The position numbers and the translations under genes were made by a program. Below are positions 49,707-58,456 of a stretch of DNA of 64,000 nt, piece by piece; the first letter of the stretch is position 1; each line of letters begins with the position of its first letter. Origin of the DNA: an uncultured Planctomycetota bacterium (GTDB lineage Bacteria > Planctomycetota > Planctomycetia > Isosphaerales > Isosphaeraceae). The stretch lies in assembly GCA_963737655.1 (NCBI GenBank), contig CAVTTN010000002.1, forward strand, positions 3,072,001 through 3,136,000, given 5' to 3'. The notes under the pieces are model-generated. The model was given only the letters and a program-made list of their open reading frames with translations. It did not search any database and was not told the DNA's origin.

Positions 49707-50570
49707 ATGAGCACACGGACGACCCCCTCGGCCCCCCACGCCGAGTTCTTCCCCGCTCCTCCCGAGCCGGGGCCGATCTCGCGATGGATCGCCGGGGTGA
49801 CCTCGGACCTCCGCGACCTCCGCCGCTTCTGGCCGGTCGTCACGAACATGGTCGCGCAGGAGCTCCGCGTCCGCTACCAGAGGTCCGTCCTCGGCTTCTT
49901 CTGGACGCTGATCCACCCCATCCTGATGATGGGCATCCTCACCATCGTCTTCTCCCAGCTCCTGGCCAGCCCGCCCGGTGACTACGCCCTGACGCTGTTC
50001 GCCGGCCTCGTCCCCTGGAGCATGCTCGCCGGCACGCTCAATGACTCGGCATTCTGCATCATCGTCAACGAAGGGCTGATCCGCAAAATCTACCTGCCCA
50101 AGCTCATCTTCCCGCTCACTCGCGTGATCATCAATTTGGTCACATTTGCGCTTTCGCTTGGTGCCATGTTCTTACTTCTGGCGCCCCTGGGGGCCAGGGT
50201 CTCGCCGCCGATGATCCTCCTTCCGGTCATCATCGCCCTGTTCGCGACCTTCGCGTTCGGCCTGGGGATGATGGTTTCTGTCCTGAACACGTTCTATCGC
50301 GATTGCAGCCACCTGGTCAGCGTGGTCCTCCAGGCGTGGTACTTCGCGACGCCGATCCTCTACCCGGTGAGCCAGTTCGCCCGGATTCCCTGGATGATCT
50401 GGCTGAACCCGGCGTACCCGTTCATCCGGCTGTTCCAGGTCGTGATCCACGACGGGGCATGGCCGGGCCTGACCCTCTTCTCGGCGGCCGCCGGCCTCGC
50501 GACGGTGAGCCTGGGAGCCGGCTATGCAGCGTTCAAGTCCAACGAAGACAAGCTCGTCTTCCGCCTCTGA
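49707..50570 (+). CDS. wzm: ABC-2 polysaccharide export permease
   Basis: RYQRSVLGFFWTLIHP, LIRKIYLP, YRD, ATPILYP and LNP. An alternative ATG lies at 49689. Confidence 0.9.
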   Translation: MSTRTTPSAPHAEFFPAPPEPGPISRWIAGVTSDLRDLRRFWPVVTNMVAQELRVRYQRSVLGFFWTLIHPILMMGILTIVFSQLLASPPGDYALTLFAGLVPWSMLAGTLNDSAFCIIVNEGLIRKIYLPKLIFPLTRVIINLVTFALSLGAMFLLLAPLGARVSPPMILLPVIIALFATFAFGLGMMVSVLNTFYRDCSHLVSVVLQAWYFATPILYPVSQFARIPWMIWLNPAYPFIRLFQVVIHDGAWPGLTLFSAAAGLATVSLGAGYAAFKSNEDKLVFRL

Positions 50571-51402
50571 TCGCCCGGCGAAGGCCCGGAGGATCGACCC
50601 GCCGCCGATCGACGTCCGCGACGTGTCGCTCCGGTTCATCGCCTACCACGACAAGGGCTATTCGCTCAAGAGGGCCGCGCTCGACCTGGTCCTCCGCCGC
50701 GAGGACCCGATGCCCGCCTCCGCCTTCTGGGCCCTGAAAGACGTCTCGTTCACCATCCACCGGGATGAGCGGGTCGGAATCCTCGGCCACAACGGCGCGG
50801 GCAAGAGCACCCTCCTGCGACTGCTCGCAAGGATCTATCCGCCGACCTCCGGGTCGCTGGCGATCCGCGGGTCGGTCGCCCCTTTGATCGAGATGGGCGC
50901 CGGGTTCAACCCCGAGCTCTCCGGCCTCGACAACATCATGCTGAACGGAGCCATGCTCGGGTTCAGCCGCAAGGCGATGGAGGAAAAAGTCGAGGGCATC
51001 CTCGAATTCACCGGCCTCCGCGAGTTCGCCAACCTGCCGCTGAAGTACTATTCGAGCGGCATGTACATGAAACTCGCCTTCGCGATCGCCACCGAGGTCG
51101 AGCCCGACATCCTCCTGATCGACGAGGCCCTGAACGCCGGCGACGCCGCGTTCCTCGGCAAGGCCAAGGGCCGGATCATGGGCCTCCTGGAGCGCTCGAA
51201 CGTCGTCGTGATCGTCTCCCACGACATGACGGCCCTCGCCGAGATGTGCACCCGAGGCATCTGGATGAGGAAGGGGAAGGTCGCCTTCGACGGCCCCATC
51301 GCCGAGGCCATCGAGCACTACCACTACGACATCGCCCACCCGTCCGTCGCCGACGCCGACGCCGAGCCGGCCACGGTACCCAACGAAGCCCCGGCCGCCT
51401 GA
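50524..51402 (+). CDS. wzt: ABC polysaccharide export ATPase (no C-terminal CBM); start uncertain
   Basis: FWALKDVSF, GHNGAGKST, GFNPELSG, YSSGM and LIDE. The true start is probably near 50600, after GGAGG, where no ATG is present. Confidence 0.9.
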   Translation: MQRSSPTKTSSSSASDRPAKARRIDPPPIDVRDVSLRFIAYHDKGYSLKRAALDLVLRREDPMPASAFWALKDVSFTIHRDERVGILGHNGAGKSTLLRLLARIYPPTSGSLAIRGSVAPLIEMGAGFNPELSGLDNIMLNGAMLGFSRKAMEEKVEGILEFTGLREFANLPLKYYSSGMYMKLAFAIATEVEPDILLIDEALNAGDAAFLGKAKGRIMGLLERSNVVVIVSHDMTALAEMCTRGIWMRKGKVAFDGPIAEAIEHYHYDIAHPSVADADAEPATVPNEAPAA

Positions 51403-51425
51403 ACACCGGCGAGGGACGCCGAGCC

Positions 51426-53015
51426 ATGACCCGACGGATCGCCGCGATCGCCTTCGTCCTCGGCCTCTCCGGCCTCTTTGCCGGGGGGATCTGGCTTCGC
51501 CTGACCAGCCTCGACTCCATGCCCTTTCCGGACGGCGACGAGGCCTGGTACGGCATCCAGGCCCAGCGCCTCCTCGCGGGTCAATCGGTGGCCTGGACCA
51601 CGCCGACAGGCAACCCGATCAATCCGTTCTACGCCGGCCTCGAAGTCCCCTTGCTCGCCGCGATGAAACCGTCTTTATGGCTCCTCCGCGTGCCCTCCGC
51701 GCTCTGCGGGCTCCTCGCGGTCGGACTCAGTTACGTTTTGATCGCTCGACTCTTCGATCGGACCACCGGGCTGATCGCCTCGGCCATCCTGGCCGCGTTG
51801 CCAGTGGCCATCGTGTTCTCACGGATCGGGTTCGACGCGAGCCAGACGCCGCTTTTCAGCCTGATTGCCGTGTATTTCGCATTCCGAGGCCGCCCGGGGT
51901 GGACGCTCCTCGCGTTCCTCGCCTGCCTGCTGATCCACCCCACGAACGTCTTCCTCGCGCCGGTGTTGCTGGCCGTCCTGGCCGTCCGGGCCCTGGAACG
52001 GACCGCCGGCAACCCTCGGGCGAGGCTCCGGTCGCTCGGCCTCCTCGCCATCGTGCCCACGCTGGGCGTCCTCGCCTTCGGTCTGTTCACGCTCCGCAAG
52101 CGAATGGTCCAGGCCACCTACGCCACGCCGTTCGAGGGGCTCGACTGGCCGAGGTTCGGCACGCGACTGGGCCGCCTTTTTTTCGCCCTCGGGCAGTTCC
52201 CGACCGGCGATTCCACGCTCGCCCTGCATGACTGGGCCTTCCGCCTCACCCTCCTGGTCTCGCTGGCGATCGGGCTTCGAGGCGTGTGGAAGTCGCGGCA
52301 ATACGACGTCCTCGCGATGCTGGGCGGCCTCGTCGCGGGCCTCGTCGCGTTCCACATCGTCGCCGGCCGCGACGCGATCCGGCTCGAATGGGTCTCGTAC
52401 CTCCGCTACGGCCTGTTCGCCGTGATTCCCGCCGTGATCGCCCTGGCATGCCTCCTGCGGACCAGCCTCGCCGACCCGCAAACGTGGCGGGGTTCCTGGA
52501 TTCGAGGGGCGCAGGCAACCGTCTTGCTCGCCCTCGGCTGGGCGATGCTCCTGAGCGTGAAGACGCAGTGGTTCGACCGCTTCACCGCGACCGGCACCGA
52601 GTCGATCTGGACGTTCCGCACCGACGCAAAAGACCCGAACCGCCAGGTCGTCTGGATCCTGTCGAGGGACGCGCTGGACCACCCCCCGGGGAAAATCCGC
52701 GTGTTCGCCCAGGACCAGTGGCTCCAGAGGCCCGTGCGCTACCTCGCGGGGCCGCGAACCGATCTGGAGGTGGTGAACATCGAGGAACATGCCGCGACGA
52801 TCGACCAGATCCGCGACTACCTCCGCGACCCCCTGAGCTCCGGCGCCTACGTCGTCGCGATCCGGGGCGGCAAGGTCGAGGCCGCGGCGACCGCCTCGGG
52901 CCCGCTCCGTCGCTGGGAGGCGACGATCAACGGATCGCCCTATCTCGTCGTCCTGAGACGTCTCGAAGCCCCGAGGACCGCCGCGAACACCGGCGGTTCC
53001 GGCCCGACTCGCTAG
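51426..53015 (+). CDS. GT-C fold glycosyltransferase (ArnT/PMT-like)
   Basis: First transmembrane helix followed by DGDEAWY; LRVPSA; many transmembrane helices. Confidence 0.75.
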   Translation: MTRRIAAIAFVLGLSGLFAGGIWLRLTSLDSMPFPDGDEAWYGIQAQRLLAGQSVAWTTPTGNPINPFYAGLEVPLLAAMKPSLWLLRVPSALCGLLAVGLSYVLIARLFDRTTGLIASAILAALPVAIVFSRIGFDASQTPLFSLIAVYFAFRGRPGWTLLAFLACLLIHPTNVFLAPVLLAVLAVRALERTAGNPRARLRSLGLLAIVPTLGVLAFGLFTLRKRMVQATYATPFEGLDWPRFGTRLGRLFFALGQFPTGDSTLALHDWAFRLTLLVSLAIGLRGVWKSRQYDVLAMLGGLVAGLVAFHIVAGRDAIRLEWVSYLRYGLFAVIPAVIALACLLRTSLADPQTWRGSWIRGAQATVLLALGWAMLLSVKTQWFDRFTATGTESIWTFRTDAKDPNRQVVWILSRDALDHPPGKIRVFAQDQWLQRPVRYLAGPRTDLEVVNIEEHAATIDQIRDYLRDPLSSGAYVVAIRGGKVEAAATASGPLRRWEATINGSPYLVVLRRLEAPRTAANTGGSGPTR

Positions 53016-53052
53016 AAGACCCGGCCCGCTGAGAAACCGAACGGAGACCGCC

Positions 53053-55446
53053 GTGAGGATCGGCATCGACCTCATCCCCCTGCAATCGCCCCACAGCCGC
53101 CGTCGCGGGATCGGCCGCTACGTCGCCTCCTTCCTCCGGGCGATGTCGGAGACCGGCCTCGACCTTCGGCCCTACGCCCACGCCGGACTCGTCCCGCCCG
53201 AACTCGGCGCGATCCCCGCCGGCCTCCGGCCCCAGCCCTTTCCCGAGGCGACGACGCCCGCCGAGGCCGTCGATCGCCTCGCTCGCCAGGACCCCGACCG
53301 CCTCGACTGGCTCCTGATCCCCAGCCCGTTCGAGCTCGGCTCGCAGTACGAGCCGCCCGCCAGACCGATCGGCGGGCCGAGGCTCGCCGCGATCGTCTAC
53401 GACCTCGTCCCGTTCGTCTTCCAGGAACGTTACCTCGCCGACCCGACCGGCTCCGCGATCCTGTATCGCCGCCTTGAACGCTTGCGCAATTATGACCTCA
53501 TCCTGGCAATCTCCGAGGCGACGAGGGCCGACTACCTCCGCCTGACCGGGGCGGACCCTCGAAAGGTCGTCGCGATCGGGACCGCCAGCGACCCCGAATT
53601 CTTCGTCCCCGGCCATTCCCAAACCGACTGCGCCACGCTCGAACGCCTCGGGATTCGAGGCCGATTCCTGCTCGCCGTGGCCAGCGCGGATTGGCGGAAG
53701 AACCTGCTCGGGGTGCTCGACGCCGCGGCCCTCCTGCCGCCGTCGGTCCTGGGTGAGACGCGGATCGTCGCCGCGTGCTACCTCTCGCCCGCCGATGCCG
53801 CCAGGATCGCCGGCGAGGCCCGCGACCGTGGGCTTGCCGATCGACTGGTCCTCACGGGCGAGGTCTCGGACGAGGCGCTTCGCCTCCTCTATCAACGCTC
53901 CTCCGCGTTCGTCTCGCCGGCGTTCTATGAAGGGTTTGGCATCCCTCTGCTCGAAGCGATGCACTGCGGGGCGGCCGTGATCGGCGGGGCGAATTCGTCC
54001 CAGGGCGAGGTCGTCGGCGACGCCGGGATGCTCGTGAACCCTCACGACCCGTCGCACATCGCCGAGGCGATCGGAAGGCTCCTGACCGACCCGTCTCTCG
54101 CCGCCGACCTGGGCCGAAAGGCCGTCGCCAGGGCTTCCAGGTTCTCCTGGCCCGGCGTCGCGCGTGAGGCCCATCGAGCCTTCGCGACGCCGAGGAAAAC
54201 GAGCAAGCCGCGTCCGGCTAAGCCCAGGGTTGCCATGTTCTCCCCCTGGCCGCCGAAGGCCTCGGGCATCGCCGACTATTCCCGGAGGCTGGTCGCCGAG
54301 CTGGCGAAATCCTACCGGATCGACATTTATTACGAACCAGGATATGAGCCGGATTTCGGCCCCGAGGGCCGCGAGTTCGCCATGTTCGACGCGCGTTCGT
54401 TCGAACGGAACGACCGCATGCTCGGGCATCATGCGGTCATCTATCAGATGGGCAACTCGCTCTATCATAAGTTTGTCTACGAGCGCATGCTCCGGCGACC
54501 GGGGATCGTCGTGCTCCACGACTTCGGCCTGGCCGGATTCCACCACGGCTATGCCCATCAGGAGGGCGTGCCCGCGGGGCATTTCGAGCGAGAATTGCGG
54601 CATTCCGAGGGACTTCGCGCGCCGTGGGCCCTCGAACACATGGACGCCTGGATCTGGGACGAGGGAGGGGTGCAGGAGGCGTTCGCGGCGCGATCGTTGC
54701 CGATGAACCGCCGGGTCTTCGACTCGGCCTCCGCCGTCCTCCTCCATTCGCCGTGGCTGCTCGGGAAGGCCGAATCGCTCCATCCGGACCATCGCGACAA
54801 GCTCCGGGTGGTCCCCATGGGATGCTCCCCACGAGCGATCCCGGTCGCGGAGAAGACGGCGATCCGCGCCCGCCACAACCTCCCCGGCCACGCCCTCGTG
54901 TTCGGCAGCTTCGGCATCCTCCACCCGAGCAAGGGGAATGTCGAAACCATCGAGGCATTCGAGCATGTGCTGAAGCAAGTTCCCCACGCGCTCTTGATCT
55001 TCGTCGGCAAGGACCTGGCCGACGGGGAGGCGCGGGGCCGGGCCGAGGCGCTGGGGATCGACCATCGCGTCCGGTTCCTCGGCCGACGCGACGCCCCCGA
55101 GTTCGCCGATTTGATCGCGGCGACGGACGTCGGCGTCTGCCTGAGGAGGCCGCCGACCAACGGCGAGACCTCCGCCGCCCTGCTCGACCTGCTCCGCCAC
55201 GGCGTTCCCACGATCGCGACCCGGACCGGCACGTTCGGGGACTACCCGACCGAAGTCGTGCGATTCGTGGAGCCTCGGAACGACCGCGACGGACTGGTCT
55301 CCGCGATGCTGGAACTGGCGGAGGACCGCGAGTCGAGGGGCCGCGCCGCCCTGGCTCACGCGATCGAACGACACTCCTGGATGCTGTGTGCCAAAGGGTA
55401 CGCCGCCGCGATCGAGGCGGTCGCCGCCCGCCGCGTCGCGTCCTGA
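53053..55446 (+). CDS. double-domain GT4 glycosyltransferase
   Basis: RGIGRY, YDLVP, RKN and YEGFGIPLLEAM; second domain FSPWPP..GIADYS, LHD, KG and GETSAAL. Confidence 0.9.
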   Translation: MRIGIDLIPLQSPHSRRRGIGRYVASFLRAMSETGLDLRPYAHAGLVPPELGAIPAGLRPQPFPEATTPAEAVDRLARQDPDRLDWLLIPSPFELGSQYEPPARPIGGPRLAAIVYDLVPFVFQERYLADPTGSAILYRRLERLRNYDLILAISEATRADYLRLTGADPRKVVAIGTASDPEFFVPGHSQTDCATLERLGIRGRFLLAVASADWRKNLLGVLDAAALLPPSVLGETRIVAACYLSPADAARIAGEARDRGLADRLVLTGEVSDEALRLLYQRSSAFVSPAFYEGFGIPLLEAMHCGAAVIGGANSSQGEVVGDAGMLVNPHDPSHIAEAIGRLLTDPSLAADLGRKAVARASRFSWPGVAREAHRAFATPRKTSKPRPAKPRVAMFSPWPPKASGIADYSRRLVAELAKSYRIDIYYEPGYEPDFGPEGREFAMFDARSFERNDRMLGHHAVIYQMGNSLYHKFVYERMLRRPGIVVLHDFGLAGFHHGYAHQEGVPAGHFERELRHSEGLRAPWALEHMDAWIWDEGGVQEAFAARSLPMNRRVFDSASAVLLHSPWLLGKAESLHPDHRDKLRVVPMGCSPRAIPVAEKTAIRARHNLPGHALVFGSFGILHPSKGNVETIEAFEHVLKQVPHALLIFVGKDLADGEARGRAEALGIDHRVRFLGRRDAPEFADLIAATDVGVCLRRPPTNGETSAALLDLLRHGVPTIATRTGTFGDYPTEVVRFVEPRNDRDGLVSAMLELAEDRESRGRAALAHAIERHSWMLCAKGYAAAIEAVAARRVAS

Positions 55447-55471
55447 ATCGAACTGGCCGGGGGGCCTCGCC

Positions 55472-57955
55472 GTGAGAATCGGGATCGACATGCTGGCCGT
55501 GCAATCCCCGGGGAGTCGCCTCCGCGGCGTGGGGCGGTTCGGCCTCAACCTCGTCTCCGCCATGCTCGCGGCCGATTCAAAAAACGACTATGTGCTGTAC
55601 TGTCACGACGGATTCCCCATCGAGCACGTCCCGGGATCTCCGCGCTCCGAGACACGATCGATCGCGATCGACTCCGGACGCGGCGAGACCAGCCTCCGGC
55701 ACGCGATGGACCGGATCGCCCGGGATGATCCCGACGGCCTCGACGCCCTCTTCACCCTGAGCCCGTTCGAGCTGGTCCCGGGCTATGATCCCCCGTCCAG
55801 GCCGATCGGTGGCATGAAGATGATCGTGCTCATGCACGATCTGATCCCATTCCTCGCCCCCGAGAAGTACCTGGACGATCCCGGCAACGCCCGATGGTTC
55901 TATCGCCGGCTGAGGACCGTGGAGCGATACGACCTGATCCTGGCGAATTCCGAGGCGACGCGGGCCGATTGCCTCAAGATGCTGGACATTTCGGCCCATC
56001 GAGCGGTGACCATCTCCGGCGCCGGGAACGGCGCCTTCTTCCACCCGGATCGATCGTGGCCGATGCCTCGGGAAGTCCGACGGACGCTCCATCGCCTGGG
56101 AGTGTCGCGGCCGTTCGTCTTCTCCGTGGGCGGGTCGGATGATCGCAAGAATATCCGAGGATTGATCGACGCCTTTCGCCTCCTGCCTCCGGCGCTCCGA
56201 ATCGGCCATCAACTGGTCGTCACGTGCGGCTGGAGGGACGGCGACGAGCAAAAAACCCGGGATTTCGCCGCGTCCCGAGGCGTTGCGGATGCGCTGGTGC
56301 TCACGGGCGAGATCGAGGACGCCGATCTGCGCGTTCTCTATCAGCGATGCTCGGCGTTCGCGTTTCCCTCGCTGTACGAAGGGCTGGGGCTGCCCCTTCT
56401 CGAGGCGATGCACTGCGGGGCGCCGACCATCGGCGGCCACAATTCGTCGCAGATCGAGGTGGTGGGCGATGCCGGCCTCCTCGTCGATGGCCACGATTCG
56501 GCCGACATCGCCGAGGCGCTCCGGACCCTCCTGGAACGCCCCGAATTCGCCCGGTCGCTCGGCGATCGGGCGATGGCGAGGGCCTCGGAGTTCACGTGGG
56601 AACGGTCGGCGAAGCTGGCGATCGGCGCGATCGAGGCGCTCGACGCCCCTCGTCGGCCGAGGCTCCGCGTCGATCGGCCGAGGCTCGCGCTGGTCTCGCC
56701 GTTCGCCCCGAAGAAGTCGGGGATCTCGACCTACTCGGCGAGGCTGGCCTCGGCCCTCTCCCGCGATTTCCACATCGACCTCTATCACGATTCGGGCTAC
56801 GTGCCCGAAACGGGGCTTGATCCCAAGGGGTTCTCGGCCTTCGATCACCGTCTCTTCCCCCGATTCGCGCCGATCCGCGACTATCGCGGCGTCCTCTATC
56901 AGATGGGCAACTCGGGGTATCACACGTTCGTCTATGAGATGATCCTCCGACATGCCGGGATCATCACGCTTCACGATTTCTCAATCGCGGGATTCCAGTA
57001 TCTGTACGCTCATCATCGCGGCGGCGACCCGTCGGCGAATTTCCGCCAGGCCCTCCAGGACTCCGAACCCGCGAGGTTCGTGGAGGCCCTCGCGGGGCTG
57101 GAGTCGTGGAAACGCGAGCCCGGCGGCCTCCAGGAAGCGTTCACTCGTCGCGGGATGGCCATGAACCGGCCGATTTTCGAGAGGGCCCGGGCGGTCGTGG
57201 TCCATTCCCCGTGGTGCCGGGATCGCGCCTCGGAGATGGACCCATCCTTCGTCGAGAAGACGTTCGTGGTGCCGATGGGCGCGAAGGCGAGTCCGCCCGA
57301 TCCTGGCCGGAGGGCCGCGATCCGCGAGAAGTTCGGCCTGCCGCCCGATGGCCTGCTCTTCGCAAGCTTCGGCATCCTCTCGCGAGGGAAGATGAACGTC
57401 GAGGCGTTGCGCGCGTTCGCGATGGTCGCGGCCCATGTGCCCTCGGCAACGTTCGTGTTCGTCGGGCAGGACTGGGAGGAGGGCGAGGCGAGGCGAGAGG
57501 TCGATGCGCTCGGGCTGTCGTCTCGCGTCCGATTCCTCGGCCACCAGCCCGATTCGGCGTTCGACGAGCTTCTCGGAGCGGTGGACGTCGGAGTGTCCCT
57601 TCGAAGGCCCCCGACCTACGGCGAGACCTCGGCCGCCCTGCTCGACCTCCTCCGCCATGGGGTCCCGACGATCGTCACCGACGTCGGGACGTTCGCCGAC
57701 TATCCGGACGACGTGGTCCGGAAGGTCTCGCCCCGCGAGGAGGGACTGGACGAACTCGTCGAGGCCATGAGGATGCTCGCGACCGACCGCGACACGCGAC
57801 GGATGCTCGGGGAGGCGGCGTTGACCTATGTGATCGAGAAGCACGACTGGTCGCGGACGGCCGATGGCTACGCTTCGTTGCTTGAGAGTCTGTACGCCCG
57901 CGATTATGTGCGCAGGAAAAATCGCTCACGATCTCATGAAGGAGCCGGACGATGA
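55472..57955 (+). CDS. double-domain GT4 glycosyltransferase (paralogue)
   Basis: GTG start MRIGIDM; RKNI and YEGLGLPLLEAM; second domain SPFAP..SGISTYS and GETSAALLDLLRHGVP. Confidence 0.9.
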   Translation: MRIGIDMLAVQSPGSRLRGVGRFGLNLVSAMLAADSKNDYVLYCHDGFPIEHVPGSPRSETRSIAIDSGRGETSLRHAMDRIARDDPDGLDALFTLSPFELVPGYDPPSRPIGGMKMIVLMHDLIPFLAPEKYLDDPGNARWFYRRLRTVERYDLILANSEATRADCLKMLDISAHRAVTISGAGNGAFFHPDRSWPMPREVRRTLHRLGVSRPFVFSVGGSDDRKNIRGLIDAFRLLPPALRIGHQLVVTCGWRDGDEQKTRDFAASRGVADALVLTGEIEDADLRVLYQRCSAFAFPSLYEGLGLPLLEAMHCGAPTIGGHNSSQIEVVGDAGLLVDGHDSADIAEALRTLLERPEFARSLGDRAMARASEFTWERSAKLAIGAIEALDAPRRPRLRVDRPRLALVSPFAPKKSGISTYSARLASALSRDFHIDLYHDSGYVPETGLDPKGFSAFDHRLFPRFAPIRDYRGVLYQMGNSGYHTFVYEMILRHAGIITLHDFSIAGFQYLYAHHRGGDPSANFRQALQDSEPARFVEALAGLESWKREPGGLQEAFTRRGMAMNRPIFERARAVVVHSPWCRDRASEMDPSFVEKTFVVPMGAKASPPDPGRRAAIREKFGLPPDGLLFASFGILSRGKMNVEALRAFAMVAAHVPSATFVFVGQDWEEGEARREVDALGLSSRVRFLGHQPDSAFDELLGAVDVGVSLRRPPTYGETSAALLDLLRHGVPTIVTDVGTFADYPDDVVRKVSPREEGLDELVEAMRMLATDRDTRRMLGEAALTYVIEKHDWSRTADGYASLLESLYARDYVRRKNRSRSHEGAGR

Positions 57956-58290
57956 AACGCATCCTGAAGCGATTCGCGAGGGCGGGCTGGAGGCTGACGG
58001 GGCCGATCCGCCGGCCCCTCGGGCGGAAAGCCGAAGCGACGCTCACGCGGATCGTCCACGATCAGGTGGAAGGTGCGGTACGTCCGAGGTTCGACCTCCT
58101 GCTCCACGTGATGAACACGGCGAGGCAGGAGGCGCACGCCAACCGGGTCGAGACGAACCTGGTGCTCGACAGCCTGGTCCGCGAGATCACCCGGTTGCAG
58201 CTCCGGGTCGAATCGCTCCAGGAGGCCCTGGAGGGCGCCGGCTCGGACTCGTCGCCGCTGGGGATCGTCGATCGCGAGGCGGCGGCCTGA
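57952..58290 (+). CDS. small protein with basic amphipathic N-terminus and coiled coil
   Basis: ATGA overlap with the GT stop; MKRILKRFARAGWRL; LDSLVREITRLQLRVESLQEAL. Confidence 0.75.
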   Translation: MKRILKRFARAGWRLTGPIRRPLGRKAEATLTRIVHDQVEGAVRPRFDLLLHVMNTARQEAHANRVETNLVLDSLVREITRLQLRVESLQEALEGAGSDSSPLGIVDREAAA

Positions 58291-58363
58291 GGCAAGGGCT
58301 TCCGCCCCGGTCAGGGCCGATTCTTCCGCCGGGAGGTTCGGGCCGGGAGCCTGTCGAGCGGCC

Positions 58364-58391
58364 TTGACCGATGGGGAAGTCGTCGTATGAT
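58364..58391 (+). promoter_or_regulatory. putative sigma70 promoter
   Basis: TTGACC-N16-TATGAT upstream of the hydrolase gene. Confidence 0.55.
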
Positions 58392-58456
58392 ACGTCCTCT
58401 GCGCTGCCCCGGGCGCCCGGCTCGGGGGGTGGAAGGGTCGATGGAGTGGCCCGGCG

